Assembly (NCBI GenBank): GCA_046331705.1
Contig: JAXLQJ010000043.1
Location: forward strand, 1-64,000
Direction: 5' to 3'
Origin: a bacterium
GTDB lineage: Bacteria > JADJOY01
Length of the DNA stretch: 64,000 nucleotides
Below the pieces are notes generated by a model, which was given only the letters and a program-made list of their open reading frames with translations, searched no databases and was not told where the DNA came from. Below are positions 31,145-39,391 of the stretch, piece by piece (position 1 is the stretch's first letter; each line of letters opens with the position of its first letter). Made by a program: the position numbers and the translations under genes.

Positions 31145-33795
31145 CAGATCCTCGCGCCGCTCTCGAGACCTTCCAGCCAGCGCCGTGCCTCGGCGAGCAC
31201 TTCCTCGTAGCGCAGCCCGCGGCCCGCCGCTTCCGCCGCAACGTACGCGTCCTCGCCGAGGGCCTCGCGCGCCTGTGCGACGTGTCGCGCGACGAACTTC
31301 ACGTCCACGGGATCGCGGGAGATGCCGATCTGGATGCGATACGCCTCGGATGCGCCGTAGACCCGCGCAGCCAGCGACCACTCCTGCCGTGCGGCCGCGA
31401 GGGCGGCCGACACGTCGAGACCGTATTGGCCGATCGCCTTGAGGCTCGCTTCCGCGACGGTGGTGAGACCTTCGCGGAGTGGGGCCACGGCACGCGCGAG
31501 GTACCGGCGGTCGACGTGGATCGCGGCGAGGTTCAGGAGATCGAGGGAGACCGAGAGCCGGTCACCGAGCTTGCGGCCGATCGCCAGCGACTCCTCGTAG
31601 AGCGGCTCGGCCGCCTCGAGGTCCCCGCGGGTGCGCTGGATCTCCGCCAGGGTCGAGAGCGCGGTGGTCAGGGGAAGGGTGTCGGCGAGCCCACGCGCGA
31701 GCGAGATCGCCTCTTGGACGCGGGCCAGCGCCGTCTGCTCGTCGTTGCGGTACTGAGCCAGGAGGCCGAGCTGGCGAAGCGCCATCGCCGCGCGGTCGTT
31801 GGCGCCGAGCTCGCGGGCGATCTCCAGGGACTCCGTGGCCAGGCCCTCGGAGTCGCGACCCTGGAAGAGCCAACTCTTGAGGCGCGCAATCTCGTGGAGC
31901 GCCCGGCAGCGATGGAGCGTCCGCGCCTCGGCGCCCGGCCGCGAGATGGCCTGAAGTCCCACCCGCAGGCCGGGCTCGAGCATGCCGCGCGCATACCAGT
32001 AATCGCGCAGGGCGAGCATCAGCCGCAGCCCCGCCTCGGCGTGGCCGGCGCGCTGGTCGCACCACGCGTGCGCGGCCATGAAGTTCTCGTGATCGATCTC
32101 GAGGGCCTTCCACTTGGCGGTCTCGCCCGAGCGGATCGTCTCGCTCGCCTGCTCGGCGCGCGTCAGGTAGTGGGCGAGGTGGCGATCGCGCACCTCGATC
32201 TCCTCGTTCGCGGCTTGCAGGCGTTCGTACGCGTATTCGCGGATGGTCTCGAGGAGGCGGAACCGTTCGCTGCCTGGCTCGATCGCCACCAGCGACTTCT
32301 CCACCAAGTTGGTGAGGAGGTCGAGGACGTCGAGCTCGTCGACCTCTCCGCCCGCGCACACCGTCTCGGCGGCGTCGAGCGCGAAGCTTCCCGCGAACAC
32401 CGCGAGCCGCCGGAGCAGCACGCGCTCCGGCTCGGTCAGAAGCTCGTGGCTCCAATCGATGAGCGCACGCAGGGTCTGCTGGCGCGGCAGCGCGGCCCGG
32501 TCGCCGCGCGCCAAGAGCCGGAAGCGATCGCTCAGGCGCTCGGCGAGTCGCTCGACCGAGAGGCTGACCACGCGCGCCGCCGCCAGCTCGATCGCGAGCG
32601 GGATGCCGTCGAGCCGGCGGCAGATCTCGGCGACGATCGGGACGCTCGCGTCGGTGAGCACGAACGACGAGGTGACGTTCACGGCGCGATCGGCGAAGAG
32701 CCGCACGGCCTCCGAGCTCGCGAGCGTGGCGAGGGTCGCGCCTTCGTTGGGATCGGGGATCGCGAGGGAGGGGACCCGATAGGTCGCCTCGCCGGCGACC
32801 CGCAGCGGCTCGCGGCTGGTCGCCAGCACCCGCGAGCGCGGGCTCGCCCGCAGCAGCGCCGTGACGAGCTGGATCGACGCGCTCATCAGGTGCTCGCAGT
32901 TGTCGAGGATGACCAGCCGCTCCTCGCCCGTCACGCGCGCCAGCAGCGCCTCGATCACCGGACGTTCCGCGGCCTCCTCGACGCCGAGGGCCGTGGCCAC
33001 CGCCTGCGGCACCTCGTGCTCGTCGGTGAGGGGCGCCAGCTCCACGAACCACACCCCGTGCTCGAAGCGGTCGAGGAGCTCTCCGCCGAGCTGCAACGCG
33101 AGCCGGGTCTTGCCGGAGCCGCCCGATCCCGTGAGCGTTACCAGGCGCGAGCGCGCCAGGATCTGGGCCAGCTCGGCGATGGGCTGCTCGCGGCCGATGA
33201 AGTGCGTGAGCTGGACGGGCAGGTTGTTGGGGTGGGCGTCGAGGGTCTTGAGCGGCGGGAAGTCCTGGCGCAGACCGGGCACCAAGAGCAGGTGCACGCG
33301 CTCGGGGCGGTTCAGGTCGCGCAACCGGCGCTCGCCCAGGTCGCGCAGACGGATCGTGGCCGGCAGGCGATCGCGCACCAGCTCGCAGGTGCTCTGCGAG
33401 ATCAGCACCTGGCCGCCGTGCCCCGCGCTCATGAGCCGCGCGACGCGGTTGAGCAGCGGACCGACGTAGTCGTCGTCGCGCTCGTCGGTCTCACCCGAGT
33501 GAATCGCCATGCGCACGCGGATCTCGGATTCGCCCCACGGCTCGGCCTGGAGGGCACGCTGCGCGTCGATCGCCGCGGCGACCGCGGCGGGAGCCGAGGC
33601 GAACGCGACCTGGAAGGCGTCGCCGATCATCTTGTACGGGTAGCCGCCGTGTTTCTCGAACGCCGCGCGCAGCAGCTCTTCCTGGCGCGTGTGCGCCCTC
33701 GCCATCCACTCGGGGTGGTTCTCCCAGAGCTGGGTCGATCCTTCGATGTCGGTGAAGAGGAACGTGACCGTTCCGCTGGGGCGTTCGCTCGTCAT
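31144..33795 (-). CDS. Class III cyclase - STAND ATPase - TPR protein (paralog D, 883 aa)
   Basis: Same motif set; GSGGSGKTR, LDNCEH. Confidence 0.9.
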   Translation of the reverse strand: MTSERPSGTVTFLFTDIEGSTQLWENHPEWMARAHTRQEELLRAAFEKHGGYPYKMIGDAFQVAFASAPAAVAAAIDAQRALQAEPWGESEIRVRMAIHSGETDERDDDYVGPLLNRVARLMSAGHGGQVLISQSTCELVRDRLPATIRLRDLGERRLRDLNRPERVHLLLVPGLRQDFPPLKTLDAHPNNLPVQLTHFIGREQPIAELAQILARSRLVTLTGSGGSGKTRLALQLGGELLDRFEHGVWFVELAPLTDEHEVPQAVATALGVEEAAERPVIEALLARVTGEERLVILDNCEHLMSASIQLVTALLRASPRSRVLATSREPLRVAGEATYRVPSLAIPDPNEGATLATLASSEAVRLFADRAVNVTSSFVLTDASVPIVAEICRRLDGIPLAIELAAARVVSLSVERLAERLSDRFRLLARGDRAALPRQQTLRALIDWSHELLTEPERVLLRRLAVFAGSFALDAAETVCAGGEVDELDVLDLLTNLVEKSLVAIEPGSERFRLLETIREYAYERLQAANEEIEVRDRHLAHYLTRAEQASETIRSGETAKWKALEIDHENFMAAHAWCDQRAGHAEAGLRLMLALRDYWYARGMLEPGLRVGLQAISRPGAEARTLHRCRALHEIARLKSWLFQGRDSEGLATESLEIARELGANDRAAMALRQLGLLAQYRNDEQTALARVQEAISLARGLADTLPLTTALSTLAEIQRTRGDLEAAEPLYEESLAIGRKLGDRLSVSLDLLNLAAIHVDRRYLARAVAPLREGLTTVAEASLKAIGQYGLDVSAALAAARQEWSLAARVYGASEAYRIQIGISRDPVDVKFVARHVAQAREALGEDAYVAAEAAGRGLRYEEVLAEARRWLEGLESGARI

Positions 33796-33813
33796 CGGGG
33801 GCTCGCGGGGTGT

Positions 33814-33864
33814 GAGCGAGGGGTCACGTCATAGGCCAAACCGCGTCGGAACGCCAGACGATCC
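33814..33864 (-). promoter_or_regulatory. Conserved upstream element of paralog D (copy 1)
   Basis: Sense strand CTGG-nn-TTCCGACG-nnn-TT-nn-GCCTATGA-n-GTG; same blocks, spacing and distance to start as 39286-39334. Confidence 0.65.
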
Positions 33865-33960
33865 AGGGCCCGGTTCGGGCGACGCGGAATCGCGCGTCGA
33901 CGGTCGCGCCGAGGCAGGGGCGGGATCGCCGCCGCCGCGCCGGCTCGCCGCGTCGATCGA

Positions 33961-36609
33961 TCAGGTCGGCCGCGGCGAGAGGCTCGCGAGCCAGCGGCGA
34001 GTCTCGGCGACCGACTCTTCGTACGTGAGCGCGCGCCCCGCTGCTTCGGCGCTGGTGAAGGCGACGTCGCCGAGCGCGGCACGTGCCTGCTCGATCCGGG
34101 GCAGCACGTAGGCCGCGTCGACCGGCTCGCGGGTCCCGCCGATCCTGAGTCGCAGGCCCTCGGAGGCGCCGAAGATCCGCGCGGCGACGGGCCAGTCCTC
34201 GCGCGCAGCGGCGAGCGCCGCGCACACGTCGAGGGCGGGCTGCCCGAAGGCCTTGAGGCCGGCGTCGGCGATCACCGTGAGCGCTTCGCTCATCAGCCCG
34301 ATCGTGCGATCCACGGTGCCGCGCACCACGTTGAGCGCGCCGAGGTTGGAGAGCTGGAGCGCGATGCCGATCCGGTCCCCGAGCTCGCGTGCGACCATCA
34401 GCGCTTCTCCGTAGAGCGCCTCCGCCAGCGTGAGATCACCGTCTTCGCGGTGGAACTCCGCCATCGTACCGACCGCCGTCGCGAGCGGGCGGCGATCCGT
34501 CAGCCCGCGGGCGAGCTCGATCGCCTGCTGGCCGTGCGCTCGGGCGGCCGCGCCGTCTCCGCGCCAGCCGGCGAACGCCGCGAGCATGCGGTGGCCCGAC
34601 GACGCGAGATCGGGGGCGCCGATCTCGCCGGCGATCGCGACCGCCTCGGTCGCGTAGGGTTCGCCTTCGCCCCCGACCCCCATCCACATGTGGAGCCGTG
34701 CGACCTCGAGCAGCGCTCGGCACCGCAGCAGCGTCCGCGGCTCGGCGCCCGGCCGGTCGAGCGCGCGCAGCGCGACGCGCAGACCCTGCTCGAAGATCGC
34801 GCGCGCTGGCCAGTAGTCGGCCAGCGCGATCACCAAGCGAAGACCGTCCTCGGCGTGGCCGGGCGCGAGGTCGCACCAGGCGTGCGCCGCCATGAAGTTC
34901 TCGTGCTCCGCCTCGAACGACTGCCACGCCCCCGGCTCGCCCGAGCGCAGCGAGCCCGCCGCTTGCTCGGCGCGCGCGAGGACGTAGCGCAGGTGCCGCT
35001 CGCGGACCTCCCGCTCCTCGCCCGCGGCCCGCAGCCGCTCCAGCGCGTACTCGCGGATGGTCTCGAGGAGGCGGTAGCGCTGGTCCTCGGGCTCGAGCAC
35101 GACCAGCGACTTCTCCACCAGATCGGTCAGCAGGTCGACGACGTCGAGCTCGTCGACCTCCCCGCCCGCGCACACCGCCTCCGCCGCCTCCAGCACCCAG
35201 CCGCCCGAGAACGCCGCGAGCCGCCTGAGCAGCACGCGCTCCGGCTCGGTGAGCAGCTCGTGGCTCCAGTCGATGAGCGCGCGCAGCGTCTGCTGGCGCG
35301 GCAGCAGCGCGCGATCGCCGCGTGCCAGCAGCCGGAACCGGTCGCTCAGCCGGTCGGCGAGCTTCTCGACGGAGAGCCCGGTGATGCGCGCTGCCGCGAG
35401 CTCGATCGCGAGCGGTATGCCGTCGAGGCGGCGGCAGATGTCCGCGACGATCACCACGTTCGCGTCGGTGAGCGCGAACGACGACGAGGCGCTGGTGGCG
35501 CGATCGGCGAACAGCCGAACCGCCTCGGAGGTCGCGAGCGCCGCCGCCGGCACGCCGCCCTGAGGATCGGGGATCTCGAGCGACGGCACCCGGTAGGTCA
35601 GCTCGCCGGTCACGCGCAGCGGCGCGCGGCTGGTGGCCAGCACCCGCGTGCGCAGGCTCGCCCTGAGCAGCGTGGGCACGAGCTGCACCGACGCCGCCAT
35701 CAGGTGCTCGCAGTTGTCGAGGATGACCAGCCGCTCCTCGTCGGCGAGGCGCTCCGTCAGGGTCTCGAGCACCGGCCGGCCGGAGGCGTCCTCGATGCCG
35801 AGGGCGGTGGCGATCGCCTGGGGAACCTCGCGCGCGTCGGTGAGCGGCGCCAGCTCGACCAGCCACACCCCGTGCGTGAAGCGCTCCAGCACCTCGCTGC
35901 CGACCTGCAGCGCGAGGCGCGTCTTGCCGGCGCCGCCCGAGCCCGTGAGCGTCACCAGCCGCGAGCGCTCGAGGGCGTGCGCGACGTCGGCGATGGCGCG
36001 CTCGCGGCCGATGAAGTGGGTGAGCTGGACCGGCAGGTTGTTGGGGAGCGCGTCGAGGGTCTTGAGCGGCGGGAAGTCCTGGCGCAGGCCCGGCACCACG
36101 AGCTGGTGGACGCGCTCGGGGCGATTCAGGTCGCGCAGCCGGCGCTCGCCGAGGTCGCGCAGCCCGATCGTCCGCGGCAGCCGGTCGCGCACCAGCTCGC
36201 AGGTGCTCTGGGTGAGCAGCACCTGGCCGCCGTGGCCGGCACTCATGAGGCGTGCGACGCGGTTGAGGAGCGGGCCGACGTAGTCCTCGCCGCGCTCCTC
36301 GGTCTCGCCGGTGTGGAGCGCCATGCGCACCTTGATCTCGCCCGGGCCGCCCCACGGCTCGGCGGCGAGGGCGCGCTGCGCCTCGACCGCAGCGGCGACC
36401 GCGGCGGGCGCCGAGCCGAACGCGACCTGGAAGGCGTCGCCGATCATCTTGTACGGATAGCCGCCGTGGGCGGCAAAGGCGTCGCGGAGGATCGCCTCCT
36501 GGCGCGCGTGGGCGGTGGCCATCCACTCGGGGTGATGCTCCCAGAGCTGGGTCGAGCCCTCGATGTCCGTGAAGAGGAAGGTCACGGTCCCGGAGGGGCG
36601 CGGCGTCAT
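33961..36609 (-). CDS. Class III cyclase - STAND ATPase - TPR protein (paralog C, 882 aa)
   Basis: True start MTPRPSGT at 36609 (ATGA overlap with paralog B); same motif set. Confidence 0.9.
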   Translation of the reverse strand: MTPRPSGTVTFLFTDIEGSTQLWEHHPEWMATAHARQEAILRDAFAAHGGYPYKMIGDAFQVAFGSAPAAVAAAVEAQRALAAEPWGGPGEIKVRMALHTGETEERGEDYVGPLLNRVARLMSAGHGGQVLLTQSTCELVRDRLPRTIGLRDLGERRLRDLNRPERVHQLVVPGLRQDFPPLKTLDALPNNLPVQLTHFIGRERAIADVAHALERSRLVTLTGSGGAGKTRLALQVGSEVLERFTHGVWLVELAPLTDAREVPQAIATALGIEDASGRPVLETLTERLADEERLVILDNCEHLMAASVQLVPTLLRASLRTRVLATSRAPLRVTGELTYRVPSLEIPDPQGGVPAAALATSEAVRLFADRATSASSSFALTDANVVIVADICRRLDGIPLAIELAAARITGLSVEKLADRLSDRFRLLARGDRALLPRQQTLRALIDWSHELLTEPERVLLRRLAAFSGGWVLEAAEAVCAGGEVDELDVVDLLTDLVEKSLVVLEPEDQRYRLLETIREYALERLRAAGEEREVRERHLRYVLARAEQAAGSLRSGEPGAWQSFEAEHENFMAAHAWCDLAPGHAEDGLRLVIALADYWPARAIFEQGLRVALRALDRPGAEPRTLLRCRALLEVARLHMWMGVGGEGEPYATEAVAIAGEIGAPDLASSGHRMLAAFAGWRGDGAAARAHGQQAIELARGLTDRRPLATAVGTMAEFHREDGDLTLAEALYGEALMVARELGDRIGIALQLSNLGALNVVRGTVDRTIGLMSEALTVIADAGLKAFGQPALDVCAALAAAREDWPVAARIFGASEGLRLRIGGTREPVDAAYVLPRIEQARAALGDVAFTSAEAAGRALTYEESVAETRRWLASLSPRPT

Positions 36610-39266
36610 GTCGCTCCCTCGCCGTCGTGGCCACGGATGGAGGTGAGCCAGGCGCGGGCGTCGTCGAGCGCGGCGTCGTAGCCGAGCCCCCGCCCGGCGG
36701 CCTCCGCCGCGGCGTAGGCGTCGTCGCCGAGCGCCTCCCGAGTGGCGGCCAGGGACGGCTCGAGATAGGCGTCGTCCATCGCGTCGCGGACCATCCCGAT
36801 CCTCAACCGGAGCGCCTCGGCCGCGCCATAGAGCCGCGCGGCGACGTCCCACTCGCGTCGCAGGGCGGCGAGACCGGTGCACACGTCGAGGGTGTACTGG
36901 CTGGCGGACTTGAGGTCGAGCTCGGTGGCGATCCCGAGCGCCTCGATCAGGATCGGCACCGCGCGCTCGCCGGTGCCGCGCTTCACGTTGAGCGCGGCGA
37001 GGTTGAGCAGCCCGAGCGAGAGCGTGACACGCTGGCCTCCGCTGCGGTGCAGGCCCACGGCCTCCAGGTAGTGGACCTCGGCGCGCTCGAGGTCTCCGAC
37101 CTGGCGCAGGAACTCGGCCAGCGACTCGAGGCTCGGGGCGAGGATGTTGCGCGCCGGGTTGGCGCGCGCCACGGCGACGGCCTCCTCGAACATCGGCCGG
37201 GCGGCGTGGGCCTCGCCGCGCGAGCTCACGTAGACGCCGAGCAGGCGGAGCCCGCGGCAGATGGCCGTGGGATCGCCGAGCTCGCGGGCGATCGCGAGGC
37301 CCTCCGCGGCGGCCGCCTCGCCATCCCCGGCCTGGCCGACCCAGAGCTGGTACCAGGCCAGGTCGTAGAGGCCGAAGCAACGGATCAGCGTGTGCTGCTC
37401 GGCTCCCGGTCGAGCGAGGGCGCGGCGCACCATCTGGTGCCCCTGCTCGAGCACGTCCCGAGCCGAGAAGTAGGAAGTGAGCGCGCGCACCAGCCGCAAC
37501 CCATGCTCGGCGTGGCCGGGTGCCTGGTCGCACCACGCGCCCGCGGCGAGGAGGTTCTCGTGGTCGGGCTCGAGGGCGCGCCGCACCGCCAGGTCGCCGC
37601 GCTGGATCGGATCGGAGGAGCGCTCGGCGAGTGCCAGGTAGTGGGCGAGGTGGCGCTCGCGGACGTCGGTCTCCTCGCCGGCCGCGCGCAGTCGCTCGAG
37701 GGCGTACTCGCGGATGGTCTCGAGGAGACGGTAGCGCTCGCCGCCGGGCTCGAGCACCACCAGCGACTTCTCGACCAGGTCGGTGAGCAGGTCGAGGACG
37801 TCGCCCTCGTCGACGTCGCCGCCCGCGCACACCGCCTCCGCCGCCTCGAGCGAGAAGCTGCCGGCGAATGCCGCGAGCCGCCGCAGCAGCACGCGCTGCT
37901 CCTCCGCGAGCAGCTCGTGGCTCCAGTCGATGAGCGCGCGCAGCGTCTGCTGGCGCGGCAAGCCCACCCGGCTGCCGCGAGTGAGGAGGCGGAAGCGGTC
38001 GCCGAGGCGGCTCGCGAGCTTCTCGACCGAGAGGCTGGTGGCGCGCGCGGCGGCCAGCTCGATCGCGAGCGGGATGCCGTCGAGGCGGCGGCAGATGTCG
38101 ATCACCACGCTCACGTTGGCCTCGCTGAGCGCGAAGGTGGGGGACACGCTCGCGGCGCGATCGACGAAGAGCCGCACCGCCTCCGACGCGGCGGTCTCGG
38201 CGAAGCTCGCGCTCTGCTCCGGGCCCGGGATCTCGAGCGAGGGCACGCGGTAGGTGAGCTCGCCGGGGATCCGGAGCGGCTCGCGGCTGGTGGCGAGGAT
38301 TCGCGTGTGCGGGCTCGCCTGGAGCAGCTTCGACACCACCACCGCCACGCCGCGCACCAGGTGCTCGCAGTTGTCGAGGACGAGCAGGCGCTGCTCGCCC
38401 GCGAGGCTCTCGACCAGGGTGTCGAGGGTGGGCCGGCCGGCGACCTCTTCGACGCCGAGCGCCGCGGCCACCGCGGGCGCGATCTCGCGGTCGTCGACCA
38501 GCGCGCCCAGCTCGATCAGCCACACGCCGTGGGCGAAGCGGTCGAGGATCTCGCTGCCGAGCTGCAGCGCCAGCCGGCTCTTCCCCGCGCCGCCGGCGCC
38601 GGTGAGGGTCACGAGCCGCGAGCGCTCGAGCGACTGCGTGAGCTCGGCGAGCGGCTGCTCGCGGCCCACGAACTGGGTGATCTGCACCGGCAGGTTGTTG
38701 GGCAGCGCGTCGAGGGTCTTGAGCGGCGGGAACTCTTGGCGAAGCCCGGGGACGACGAGCTGGTGGACGTGCTCCGGGCGGTTGAGGTCGCGCAGCCGGC
38801 GCTCGCCCAGGTCACGCACGCCGATGCGCGCCGGCAGCCGGTCGCGCACGAGGTCGTAGGTGGTCTGGGAGAGGAGCACCTGGCCGCCGTGGCCGGCGCT
38901 CATGAGGCGCGCGACGCGGTTCAGGATCGGGCCGACGTAGTCGTCGCCGCGCTCCTCGGTCTCGCCGGTGTGGAGCGCCATGCGCACGCGGATCTCGCCA
39001 GGCCCGCCCCACGGCTCGGACTGGAGGGCGCGCTGTGCGCCGACCGCCGCCGCGACGGCGGTGGGCGCCGAGCCGAACGCCACCTGGAAGGCGTCGCCGA
39101 TCATCTTGTACGGGTAGCCGCCGTGGGCGGAGAAGACCTCGCGCAGGATCGCTTCCTGGCGCGCGTGGGCCCTCTCCATCCACTCGGGGTGGTTCTCCCA
39201 GAGCTGGGTCGAGCCCTCGATGTCGGTGAAGAGGAACGTGACGGTTCCGGATGGACGAGCTGCCAC
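36606..39266 (-). CDS. Class III cyclase - STAND ATPase - TPR protein (paralog B, 886 aa)
   Basis: Same motif set; GAGGAGKSR; GTG start. Confidence 0.9.
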   Translation of the reverse strand: MAARPSGTVTFLFTDIEGSTQLWENHPEWMERAHARQEAILREVFSAHGGYPYKMIGDAFQVAFGSAPTAVAAAVGAQRALQSEPWGGPGEIRVRMALHTGETEERGDDYVGPILNRVARLMSAGHGGQVLLSQTTYDLVRDRLPARIGVRDLGERRLRDLNRPEHVHQLVVPGLRQEFPPLKTLDALPNNLPVQITQFVGREQPLAELTQSLERSRLVTLTGAGGAGKSRLALQLGSEILDRFAHGVWLIELGALVDDREIAPAVAAALGVEEVAGRPTLDTLVESLAGEQRLLVLDNCEHLVRGVAVVVSKLLQASPHTRILATSREPLRIPGELTYRVPSLEIPGPEQSASFAETAASEAVRLFVDRAASVSPTFALSEANVSVVIDICRRLDGIPLAIELAAARATSLSVEKLASRLGDRFRLLTRGSRVGLPRQQTLRALIDWSHELLAEEQRVLLRRLAAFAGSFSLEAAEAVCAGGDVDEGDVLDLLTDLVEKSLVVLEPGGERYRLLETIREYALERLRAAGEETDVRERHLAHYLALAERSSDPIQRGDLAVRRALEPDHENLLAAGAWCDQAPGHAEHGLRLVRALTSYFSARDVLEQGHQMVRRALARPGAEQHTLIRCFGLYDLAWYQLWVGQAGDGEAAAAEGLAIARELGDPTAICRGLRLLGVYVSSRGEAHAARPMFEEAVAVARANPARNILAPSLESLAEFLRQVGDLERAEVHYLEAVGLHRSGGQRVTLSLGLLNLAALNVKRGTGERAVPILIEALGIATELDLKSASQYTLDVCTGLAALRREWDVAARLYGAAEALRLRIGMVRDAMDDAYLEPSLAATREALGDDAYAAAEAAGRGLGYDAALDDARAWLTSIRGHDGEGAT

Positions 39267-39285
39267 GATGAGCTCCGCGCGCCGC

Positions 39286-39334
39286 GAGCGCGGGCCACTT
39301 CATAGGCTGAATGCCGTCGGAAGACCAGCCATCC
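39286..39334 (-). promoter_or_regulatory. Conserved upstream element of paralog B (copy 2)
   Basis: Homologous to 33814-33864; the CATAGGC block on + begins 35 bp from the start codon in both. Confidence 0.65.
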
Positions 39335-39391
39335 CTGCGCGTGCGTCGAGGGTGCGTGCCCGCCGGGTGCCCTCGGCCCGTGCCGTCGGCC

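Noticed and set aside
33961-38523. 1520-aa ORF as one giant protein
   Set aside because: The N-terminal ~640 aa are an off-frame Arg/Gly-rich read-through of paralog B; the real gene starts at 36609.
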